Shown here: positions 10,861-22,289 of the stretch, one piece after another
Layout of the letters: each line of letters starts with the position of its first letter
Position numbering within the stretch: the first letter of the stretch is position 1
NCBI GenBank assembly: GCA_043228905.1
Contig: JBHGNT010000012.1
Coordinates: 14,136,001 to 14,200,000 of the forward strand
Direction: 5' to 3'
From: Azolla caroliniana
Taxonomy: Eukaryota; Plantae; Polypodiophyta
DNA: 64,000 nucleotides
The notes under the pieces: generated by a model
Databases searched by the model: none
Told to the model about the DNA's origin: nothing
What the model saw: only the letters and a program-made list of their open reading frames with translations
Translations under genes and position numbers: made by a program

Positions 10861-13532
10861 TTCTTAGCCTTGGGTCGATCTTCTACTTTCCGCTCGTGCT
10901 CCCACTCATCGAGCCTCACCCTCCGTCAACACCTAGCCCAACTCCTTCCTCTCCCATTCATATGTCCTCGAACCTAGCGTCAACCTACCTGACAAATTCA
11001 ATGGCTCCATGGTGCATCTTGCAGCTTCATCAATCAAATTCATCTTATCATCCGCTTACAACCCCAACATTATGCTAGCGATTTCTCTCGGATCGGCCTC
11101 GTTGGCACCCTTCTCTTTGGGCTGGCACAAGCGTGGCTTGTACCATTGATCGAAACTTCATCCCCACTCTTAGACAACTTTCATGCCTTCCTTGTGGAGG
11201 TTGAAGCCACATTCAGAGAGATAGACCGGCGACGAACAACACTCACGAAGCTCTATTCCTTACAACAAGGCTCTCATCCAACTTCGGTCTATGCTTGAGA
11301 GTTTTGTCAAATCGCGTGCAATGTTAACTAGGATGACCAAGCCTTATGCGACTAGTTTCATCGAGGCCTCCGAAACGATGTCAAGACTCTTCTCTTAAAC
11401 TTTTTGGAGCCCACATCGTTGTCTCATATAATATCCCAAGCCATTCAATGTGATAATCGTCTTTTTGAGCTTCGATAGGAGGAATGGGGGACTCAAGGCT
11501 TCCCATCTTCCTCCCACAATGCTCCACTCACAAAGCTATATATATCAGTTTCACCAAGCACGCCATGGTTTCCATCCTCCAATGATACCCATACTCTGAT
11601 GGAGGTCGACCCCCATACCCCAATGGAGATTGACCATGCTCGGTTCCAACCATTAACGGATGCCCAACGACAAAATCAACGTGACAATGGCCTCTGCCTC
11701 TATTGTGGTACCCCCGACCATGTCATGTGCCACTATCCAATGCACGACCCTCGTCATCAATCCCACCAAGCACGTCTTGCGGAGGTTTCTCGACAATAGG
11801 AAAACAACCAAGTAGGAGCTGTGCCGCTAGACACTTTCTGTTACCCTACTTCTCTGTGCTCCTACAATTCAGCCACACCAGCATGAGGTTTTACTTTGCA
11901 AGTAAATCTTTGTTTTGGTTCTACTTCAATACAATCCCATGCCTTGCTCGATTTTGGTGCATCTACTTGTTTTATCGATATCTTGTTCATCCGAGCACAT
12001 AAAATCCCCACTGTCCGCACAACATAACCCATATCCGTTGAAACTATCGACGGGCGGGTTCTCTCTTCGGGGGTGGTTACCGAAGCCACTGTCCACCAAG
12101 AGGTATTAACATTCTACCTTATTGCAACCCCTTGACATCTGATTGTTTTAGGGCTCTCCTGGATTGGAAACACATATATGGTGGATTGGTCACGACTCCC
12201 CACCCCGTTACTTGTGTGGGGGTTACTTTCAGCTTGGGTGCACATTCTTCTTATTTCAACTCAATCTCCGGCACTATTGATTCTATTGTGGCCGATTCTA
12301 GCTTGGTCGCTTTTGTGCCCATTGTGTCACAGGACGTCTCTGTTCCGGTCACCAATTTCCCCGCAAGATATAACGACTTTTTGGATGTGTTTGAAAAGCG
12401 AAATCCAGACTGGTTACTGACACATCGCCTTTATGATTGCCCAATCGAACTCCAAGATGGCTCACATCCACCATTGAGGATCTTCGCACATAACTGGATG
12501 AAAACCTCGCCAAGGGCTTCATTCAACCCTCCAAATCACCAGTTGAGGCCCCAATCTTATTTGTCAAGTTGAGGCTCTTCGCACATAATTGGATGAAAAC
12601 CTTGCCAAGGGCTTCATTCAAGCCTTCAAATCACCAGCTGAGGCCCATCTATGGGCTATCTGAACCCGAATATGAGGCTCTTTGCACATAACTAGATGAA
12701 AACCTCGTCAAGGGCTTCATTCAACCCTCCAAATCATTAGTTGAGGCCCCAATCTTATTTGTCAAGAAGAAGGACAACTCATTACGACTATGTGTGGATT
12801 ATGAGGGTTTGGACTCTGAACAAAATTACGGTACACAATCGTTATCCCTTGCCTTTAATTCCAACCCTCCTCAACCGACTTCGAACCGAGCGTATTTCTC
12901 CAAAATCAACCTTCGGGGAGCCTACAATGTGGTGCGTATCAAGCCTGGAGACGAGTCGAAAATGGCCTTCCGGAAACGCTATGGACATTTCGAGTACAAA
13001 TCAATACCTTTCGGTCTCACCAATGCCCCCGTAGTCTTCCAACATATGATGAACAATATATTTCGGGAGTATCTCGATCACTTCGTGGTGATCTACCTTG
13101 ATGACATTCTAGTTTTTTCTTCCAACACAGAGGAGTACACACAACACTTCCGCCTGGTTCTATCCAAACTTCGGGAACATGGGCTTTACGCCAAAAGTGA
13201 GAAATGTGAATTCGATTGAACCTCTGTCGAATTCCTAGACTACATGATTTCACCCTTCAAGATCACAATGGATGCACGCAAGGTAGCGACAATCACTGAT
13301 TGGCCTGTCCCCACTCGGTTGAAAGAGGTACAATCATTTCTTGGTTTTGCAAATTCCTATCGATGATTTATCAATGGTTTTTCCTCTTTAATGCAACCTC
13401 TAATCATCCTTACTAGAAAAGATACTCCATTTCTTTGGACCTTCCCGGCGCGAACTGCTTTTGATGCCCTCAAGGCAATTTTTCTCATAGCCCCACTGTT
13501 TGTCCACCCTAACCCCACAAGCCCCTTCCAAG

Positions 13533-16500
13533 TGACGGGAACTAAAACGCTCCGTGTACGCAACGCTCGGCCACAACCGAGCTTAGAATCATGCATAGAA
13601 AACGAAAAATAATGCACGACACAATGGAGAGAAGAGCACACAGGATGTTTACGTGGAAAACCCAAAACTAAGGGAAAAACCACGGCAGCCCACAGGCCGC
13701 AAACTATCACTATGTTAGAATGTACAACAGTGAGTTCACGGAGGCAACGACCTCGTGCTCACGATCCTCGCCGCAGGCGGCAGTTACAACAGAGGCAACG
13801 ACCTCTTTTTCTCTCTCTCTCTCTGTACACATTTATGCGCTCTCACTTCTTGCACCAACAAGAATAACCATACATATAAGTTTGCCCTAAGTCATATTTA
13901 TACTAATATGACTTTTCGGCTATTTACAAATATAGCCTAGATGGACTCTCAGAAACATATTTACGAATATGTCTCTTCATCCGGTGAGCATTCCTCACCG
14001 GGTCTACACCATCCGGTGAGCATTCCTCACCGGGTCTACACCATCCGGTTCTCTGTAGCCGGGTACTCCTCATCCGGTTCTCACCGGGTCTGCACCATCC
14101 GGCTCTCCGTAGCCGGGTACTCCTCATCCGGTTCTCACTGGGTCTGCACCATTCGGCTCTCCGTAGCCGGGTACTCCTCATCCGGTTCTCACCGAGTCTG
14201 CACCATCCGGCTCTCCGTAGCCAGGTACTCCTCATCCGGTTCTCACCGGGTCTGCACCATCCGGCTCTCCGTAGCCGGGTACTCCCCATCCGGTTTCGGC
14301 CTCGGCCGAGTTTGTTCATCGGCACTATTCTTCTTCCTTCCCATCCGGAGGGACCTGTCTCCCAACAAACTCCCCCTTCACTCCGGCATGGGGTGTCTTA
14401 CTAGTCCGATCCTTTTCCGGCATGCATCCAACTTGTCGGGTATCAGAACTTTGGTCGGCATATCTAACCCGTTCTCGGCCGTGTGGATCTTCGTCAGTGC
14501 GAACTCCTGGTCATCTACTCTTTCCCGGATCCAGTGATATCTCCGCTGGATATGCTTCGTCCGGGAATGGTAGGCCGCATTCTTAGCAAGATGGATGGCA
14601 CTTTGACTGTCGCAATAGAGCCGGTATTCATCTTGCCGGATACCAAGCTCTCCGATGAAGTCCTTCATCCATAAGATTTCCTTGCCAGCTTCCACAGCTG
14701 CCATGTACTCCGCCTCCGTGGTTGACAATGCAACTGTCTTCTACAACCTCGACTACCACGAAACAACTCCCCCTGCATATGACATTACATACCCGGATGT
14801 AGACCGGCTGGTATCCACATCAGCCGACATGTCCGAATCGGTGAAACCATCAAGTTGAGGTTTTCCGGAGCCGAATCGGAGACACATATTTGAAGTGCCC
14901 TTCAAATACCGGAGTATCCATTTGACCGCGTTCCAATGCTCCTTGCCGGGATTGCTCATAAACCGGCTCACCACTCCGACTACGTATCCTATATCCGGTC
15001 GGGTACACACCATTGCGTACATCAAGCTCCCGACGGCAGAGGCATATGGAATCTTCATCATATCCACCTTCTCTGCTTTCGTCTTCGGGCTTTGCTTACC
15101 GGATAGCCTGCAGTTTGCCGGAAGTGTCGATCCAACCGGTTTCGCATCTGACATGTTGAACCAGTGAAACACCTTTGTCACGTACTTCTCATGTGACATC
15201 CATAATTGCTTCTTTGACTGGTCCCGAATGATGTGCATCCCCAGCATCTGTCTTGCCGGACCCAAGTCTTTCATTGAGAAGGTTCGGTTGAGAACCTTCT
15301 TCAGCATCCGTATTTTGACTTGGTCTCGTTCGACGATCAACATGTCATCCACGTACAGAAGGAGTATCAGGAAGTCGCCTCCTTCGAACTTCTTCCCAAA
15401 CACGCAGTGATCGGCCTACGTCTTGTGGTACCCTTGATCGGTCATGAAGGAATCGAACTTCCGGTACCATTGTCGGGGAGCTTGCTTTAGTCCATACAGG
15501 CTCTTCTTCAACCGGCATACCAGGTGCTCTTTCCCTTTCTCCACAAATCCTTCCAGTTGCTGCATGTAGATCTCCTCTTCGAGGTCCCCGTGAAGGAATG
15601 TCGTCTTCACGTCCAGCTGCTCTACCTCGAGGTCCATGCTTGTCGCTATACTCAGCACCATCCGGATGGAGGTCATCTTTACCACCAGGGCAAATATCTC
15701 GTCAAAGTCCACACCCTTTTTCTGCTGGAACCCTTTCACCACGATCCTGGCTTTGTATCTCGGGGGTTGCCAGCATCTCCCGGTTTCAACTTGTACACCC
15801 ACTTGTTTCGGAGTGCTCGCTTTCCTTTCGGCAACTCCACCAATTCGTACGTATGGTTCTCATGCAAGGAATCCATCTCGTCCTGCATGGCACTTAACCA
15901 TTTGCGGTTGTGGGTGTCATCCTTCGCTTCTTCGAAGCTTTCCGACTTCCCCTCATCGGTCAGCAGAACATGCTCTACATCCGGAAATCTCCAAGGGGGC
16001 CTTCTATCTCTGAGAGGATATCTCCGTCTTCGAGCTTCGGTAATCGGCTCCTCCATTTGCTCTTCATCCGAATCCGATTCGGGGTCTTGGCCGGTTCTGG
16101 TTTCAGCTTCCTCTACTTCTTCTTCAGCCTATTCGGTATCCTCACCGTAACCAGCTGGTCCCTCGAGTGCTAACTGGTCTCTTGCCGGTTGGGTCTGCTC
16201 ATCGTAGAGTCGATCCTTACTGGTCGACTCGGAGTTCATTGTCTTCTTCTCCGACTCCCAGTCGGTGAGCGTCTTGTCCTCCATGAAGATAATATCTCGA
16301 CTCCGGAATACCTTCTTGTCGACCAGGTCCCACACTCTGTAGCCGAATTCATCGTCACCGTAACCGAGCAATATGCATGGCCGGGTCTTTGGATCTAACT
16401 TTCCTCTCCGGTCCTTAGCTACATGCACGTACGCAAGACACTCGAACACCTTCAGATGCCGGTAGGATACTTCCTTACCGGTCCACACTCTCTATGGCGT

Positions 16501-19201
16501 GTCTCCATCCAAGGGTACTGACGGTGATCTATTTATCACATAAGTCGTCGTCGACAGTGTCTCAGCCCAAAACTTCTTGGGTAGTTTTGCATGCGCTACC
16601 ATACTCCAGACCCTCTCCATTATGGTCTGGTTCATCCTCTCGGCCAGTCCGTTTAGTTCCGGCGTCTTCGGCACGGTAAATTCGAGCCAGATTCCCTTCA
16701 AGCGGGTAGTACTCCTCGAACTGCCCCGGTATTCTCCTCCGTTATCTGCTCGAACCGCCTTCAGCTTCCGGCCGGTTTCTCTTTCCACTCTCGCGTGGAG
16801 CTCCTTGAAGACGGATAGCACCTGATCCTTCGTCTTCAGCGGTGTGGCCCACAGCTTCCGGTTGTGGTCATCTATGAACGTCACGAAGTACTGCGCTCCG
16901 GCATGTGACTTCGTGTCTACTTGACACACATCCGTATGCACCAACTCCAGTGGTGCATTACGTCTCATCGGTGGCCTTGGTCGGAAGGAGGTCCGGTTTT
17001 GCTTACCGGCCAGACAATCAGTGCACTTCTCCAAGTGCACGTTCATCACTGGAATGAGGTTGTCGTCTGCAAGCCTCTTCATCCCCTTCTCACTCATATG
17101 ACACAGCCTCTTGTGCCACAGCTCACCGGCAGTGTCGGATGCAACGTTCACTTCTTCCGGACATAACCGGGCATTCATCAGGTACAGTGTGTTGACCTTC
17201 CGGGCCCGAGCCACAATCAGGCTCCCTTTGCTGAACTTCATGACACCGTTCCGAATGCTACCCGTGTAGCCTTCATCATCTAGCCGACCGGCTGATACTA
17301 GGTTCAGAAGAACCTCCGGAACGTGTCGGACATCCTTCAGCTGCAACTTGCATCCAGTTGGTGTTGTTAGCCACACGTCTCCTATGCCGACAATTCGGCA
17401 TGTGCCTTCATTCCCCATCCGGACACAACCGTGATCACCGACTGAGTAGGATGAGAAGCATTTCTGGTCCGGGGTAAGGTGGAACAACGCTCCGGAGTCT
17501 ACCACCCAGGTCATCTCGTCGCCGGCAAGGTTTATCTCACTCTCCTCAGTGATGAGCATCAACTCTTCTTCACTTGCCACGATTGCCGTCGTTCCCTTCC
17601 GGTCCGGCCCCCTCCGGTATTTACCGTTCCGGTCTGGGGTCCGCTTCGAATCAGTACCGTCGATCTCCTTATCTTTTCGGAAATGCCGACAGTTCTTTTG
17701 GAAGTGTCCCGGCTTGCCGCAATAGAAGCAAGTGGGCCTCCCCCTTGACTTTGACCGTGTCCCTGACTTCTCCCGGTTCTAGGGACTACGGTTTCTATGC
17801 CTTCCACGTTCCGATTCGGTAAGGAGCACTTTGGAGTTGGAGCTCGTATCTTTATCTTTCCGATGCGCCTCCTCATCTAGCAAGCTCGACTTTACTTTGC
17901 TAGGGATAACCGTTTTCCTTCCGGCCCGGCGTTGCCCAAAGTGACAACCAACGTCTCCCAGCTATCCGTGAAGGAACCGAGCAGGAGTAGCGCTAGTACC
18001 TCATCGGCGAGAGGTACTTCCAATGAAGTTGCCTGGTGGATCAGCCCCTGGAAGGCATTCATGTGCTCTGCCATGCTGGAGCCATCTTGGTATCGGAGTC
18101 TTACTAGCTTCCGGAATATTGAAACCTGATTAACAGCATTTTTGTTTTGAAACATTATGCCGATCTTCTCCCACAGCTCATGAGCCTTGCTCTCTTCATT
18201 GAAGTTGTTGTATAAGCTCATGTCGATGAAGCACCGTATGTACGCCGTTGTCTTCATGTGCATCACCTCCCATATTGTGGCGTCGATAATGTCCGGTCTC
18301 TTGTCCCCGAACTGAACTGGTAACCAAAGATCTTTAACCACGAGCATGTCCCTCATCTTCGACTTCCACACTGAATAGTTGGAGCCGGTGAGCTTCAACA
18401 TGCCGCCAAACGATTCGTCCATTTTTTGTGTTGTTTCGCTCTGATACCACTTGACAGGAACTAAAACGCTCCGTATACGCAACGCTCGGCCACAACCGAG
18501 CTTAGAATCATGCACAGTAAACGAAAAATAATGCACGACACAATGGAGAGAAGAGCACACAGGATGTTTACGTGGAAAACCCAAAACTAAGGGAAAAATC
18601 ACGGCAGCCCACAGGCTGCAAACTATCACTATGTTAGAATGTACAACAGTGAGTTCACGGAGGCAACGACCTCGTGCTCACGATCCTCACCATAGGCGGC
18701 GGTTACAACAGAGGCAACGACCTCTTTCTCTCTCTCTCTCTCTCTGTACACAGTTATGCGCTCTCACTTCTTGCACCAACAAGAATAACCATACATATAA
18801 GTTTGCCCTAAGTCATATTTATACTAATATGACTTTTCGGCTATTTACAAATATAGCCTCGATGGACTCTCAGAAACATATTTACAAATATGTCTCTTCA
18901 TCCGGTGAGCATTCCTCACCAGGTCTGCACCATCCGGTTCTTCGTAGCCGGGTACTCCTCATCCGGTTCTCACCGGGTCTGCATCATCCGGCTGTCCGTA
19001 GCCGGGTACTCCTCATCCGGTTCTCACCGGTCTACACCATCCGGCTCTCCGTAGCCGGGTACTCCTCATCCGGTTCTCACCGGGTTTGCACCATCCGGCT
19101 CTCCGTAGCCGGGTACTCTTCATCCGTTTTCGGCCTCGGCCGAGTTTGTTCATCGGCACTGTTCTTCTTCCTTCCCATCCGGAGGGACCTGTCTCCCAAC
19201 A
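13533..19201 (-). mobile_element. Full-length Ty1/copia element, family A, with frameshifts and stops
   Basis: LTRs 13533-14367 and 18452-19201 (TG..CA), TSD CCAAG (13528-13532 and 19202-19206). Minus-strand PBS TGGTATCAGAGC (tRNA-iMet) at about 18438-18449 and PPT AGGGGGAGTT at 14368-14377. Domain order gag-PR(DSGA)-INT-RT(YVDD)-RH. Confidence 0.97.
13975..14295. repeat. 54-bp (2 x 27) tandem repeat in copia A U3, also at 18895-19125
   Basis: ccatccggctctccgtagccgggtactcctcatccggttctcaccgggtctgca repeats with period 54. Copy number differs between the two LTRs. Confidence 0.9.
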
Positions 19202-19884
19202 CCAAGTTGAAACGGACGCCTCCGACTTTGCTATTGGAGTTGTCCTGTCCCAACAAGACGATAAGGGCACACTACATCATGTTGCCTTCTACTCTCGGAA
19301 GTTTACAACCCCGGAAATCAATTATCCGGTTTATGACAAGAAAGGTGCTAACCGACCACAAAAATCTAATTTACTTCACCATTAGTTGTACATTCAATTT
19401 GAGGCAAGCTCGATGTTCATCTTTTCTTGCCCACTACAACTTCGAGATCTTGTTTTGACCAGGAGTTCAACATCGGAAGGCTGATGCCCGCTCTCGGCAA
19501 CCTAATTTCGCATTGCGCCCAGAAGATGACGCATATTCGCAACAATCCCGTTGTTTGTTGAGGCTCGATCAACTTGAGATGTTCACAAGCTGCATGTTGC
19601 ATGATGATTCTTTGCTCAACGAGATCGCCACGGAAACCATGTTAGACCCATTCGCCAAAGACATAATGGCCCGTATCAATGACCCATCCCCAGACATCAA
19701 AAGCTCATATCTCAACCCATTTACAACCTGGGATGGGTTACTAAAGGATCATGTCCTACACGGGTACTACAAAATTGTCATGGTGAACCTCTTGCCTGTC
19801 ACTTTGGGGTCACGAAAACCCTGGAGTTTTGGTGGCCCAAACCTTGGAAATTTATCAAGGAATTTCTCAAGACATGTGATGTAC

Positions 19885-21494
19885 GTGCCTGATCCAAAAT
19901 GGCAAAATTAGCAGAAGTAGAGGAAGCGCAACAACGGCCATCTCGGCAATACTTCGAAGAAAGGGAGTCCTTGCGAAGAGAACTTTTGGAACTCCAACTC
20001 CGCTCAAGTCAGTTCCTTCAGAAGTTAGAAAAAACCGAGGTGCAACGAGCGGCATTAATGGAATTCCTCCAACACCTCAAAATCTCCATGAACCTCATAC
20101 TCGAATGACAGAAAAACCATTGTCGGTAGGAATTAGCCGATAATTCGGATCAACTTATCCAATGCTACGACATGCAGATGCAAAAGTCGGAGGCCCAACT
20201 CGCTAATGTCACAACATCGTGTGCAATCCTCAAGGCAAAGTTCGAACAAGACGCGGCGAAAGCACAAAACGACTTGAACACCCTCCAAGCCAAGTATGAA
20301 ATGGGCGAAGGCCGAATCAAAGCCATAGTGGCTAAACACAGAGTACAACTTAATCAAAAGGTTGAAGAGGCTCTAGCCCGAGGGTGGCAAGAATGGTTGG
20401 TACAGGCAGCCAAATTATAGGTTTTTCGAGCCAATGCCGAAAACTGGAAAAAAGAAGGTCGCGGATTTTATAAGATGGACGAAAGCAACATCCAAATCCT
20501 CTGCGAAGACCTCACCAACGAATACCAAGCCCTAACAAGCATACACACCATGGCCATTAGGAACCACCTTGAGGAATTCAACGACGATCTAATGCTACTG
20601 AGACTGGATGCGGAAGCCTATGAACGAGAGCGTCACCCTGCTGAAAAAGAAGAAGAAGCCACCGCACAGGCATCCACGGCCAATGTACTCAAGGAACCCA
20701 CATTGGCACCAAAAGAAGACAAAGAACCATGGTCGAGAGTGCAAACCGAGCAAGTGGACACACCGATCATAGGACCACTTCCAGAGGCAACCATTCCCAA
20801 GCCCACGACAGAGCTACCAACCGCTAGATATATCAGCTGAGTTGCATGCCAACAAGCCACAGAAGAAGAGCCACCTCTAACACCAACACAACCACCCCCC
20901 GAGGGCATCCTTAGCATTTTGGGAAGAAGACTGTCCCACGGGCGTGCCATGTGTTATTTGTGGGACAAAAGGGATGTACAATGTGAAACAAATCCAAGTA
21001 TATGAGTAGGTAAAGTAGGTGAAAAATGACAATCGGGAATGACCAAGGTAATGGGATATGTGCAACCGAGAATGAAGGCCGAGAAGAAAGGATTGATTGA
21101 AGCGCACCGAGCAGAAAGGGAAGCTATAAAACGAGAAGCAGAATCATAGGGGAGATATACGTATAAGGGAGAGGGATACCCTAGTCTAGGGAGAATTACT
21201 ATTATCTGTCTGATTGAATAGAACTCTGGTCGTGAGCCGTGTAACCTTTGCGTCTAAATCTATTAGTATATTTATCTTTGTGGGTCTAATCTGTCCAAGC
21301 CTCTATCTATGTTATTTGGATTTGTTGTCTTAATTTCAAGTGCAATTTACAAGGTCGATTGTGGCCGACAATTATTTTCCTAATTAACTAGCCATGCAAT
21401 CCCGAGGTTCTTGTCCACCACTACGTATCACGACCCCTTGACCCGATTACCTTAGAAGTAATCGAACCTATGTTATCTCAGAGCAGAGACAACA
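19885..21494 (+). mobile_element. 3' fragment of a non-chromovirus (Tat/Athila-like?) LTR element: coiled-coil extra ORF plus LTR 20952-21494
   Basis: Broken coiled-coil ORFs 19899-20840. The LTR runs TGTTAT...ACAACA with a CTATAAAA box and is preceded by ctgtcccacgggcgtgcca. Confidence 0.6.
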
Positions 21495-22289
21495 GTAGCT
21501 CCTCGGGATTCTTTATGACAACTTCAAGTAGGTGCCTCCCTATATTCATAGCCTGCGGAGCCTAGTTTCCCACTGCAACCTAGCCCCCAACCCAACCTTC
21601 CACCAACATCTAGCCTAGATTCTTCTCATTTTCTTGAGCCTAAGGTTAGCCTCCCAGAAAAATTTGATGGAATGAGGTCATGTTTTCGGTGATTCATCAA
21701 CCATATTCTCCTTGTCAATCGGCTACAACCTCAACGGTATGCAGATGATCTTCGACAAGTCGGCCTTGTGGGCACCCTCCTCTCCGGTCCCGCCCAAGCT
21801 TGGTTTGCACCATTAGTAGAAACTTCTTCATGTCTATTGGAGGACTTTCCCACCTTCCTCGCCGAGGTAGAGGCCACATTTGGAGAGACATACCGGCGAC
21901 GTACAACTCTCACCAAGCTTTATGCCCTCGAACAAGGTTTGCATGCAACTTCTGTCTATGCTTCAGAATATTAGAACCTTCGGAGCAACTGGGATGTCAA
22001 TTGGGATGATCAAGCCTTAGTTGATCATTTTCGATGGGACCTTCGGAGCAATGTCAAGAATCTTCTCTTGAAATTTCCCGAGCCTACCTCATTATCCCAA
22101 GCGATCTTATAAGCAGTCCATTGTGACAATCGTCTTTTTGAATTTTGCTAGGAAGAGTGCGAGACTTGGGGTCCACTCATTCCCTTCCACGACATGCCCC
22201 AGTAGTACATCCCCAAGTATCATTTGCATCGACTGCGTCATGGTCCCCTACTTTGGCGGATGCTCCGATCCCCATGGAAATTGATCAAA
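21495..22289 (+). mobile_element. Tcn1-like gypsy gag (first piece of an element split by nested insertions)
   Basis: EPKVSLPEKFDG, LLSGPAQAWF and PIPMEIDQ. Homologous to 11050-11640. Confidence 0.85.

Larger units (their letters stand above)
10870..19885 (+). mobile_element. Degenerate Tcn1-like gypsy internal region (gag-PR-RT-RNase H-INT start), interrupted by the copia at 13533-19201
   Basis: PMEID and CLYCGTPDH zinc knuckle, NLRGAYN, PFGLTNAP and YLDD. RNase H is split as PFQV|ETDASDFAIG across the insertion. Confidence 0.92.

Noticed and set aside
18631-19458. 275-aa ORF (and 13941-14537) as a novel protein
   Set aside because: It lies antisense across the LTR and stays open only because the stop-free 54-bp repeat is a multiple of three.
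19899-20840. Envelope gene
   Set aside because: Coiled-coil and acidic/proline-rich, but no signal peptide or transmembrane segment is visible.
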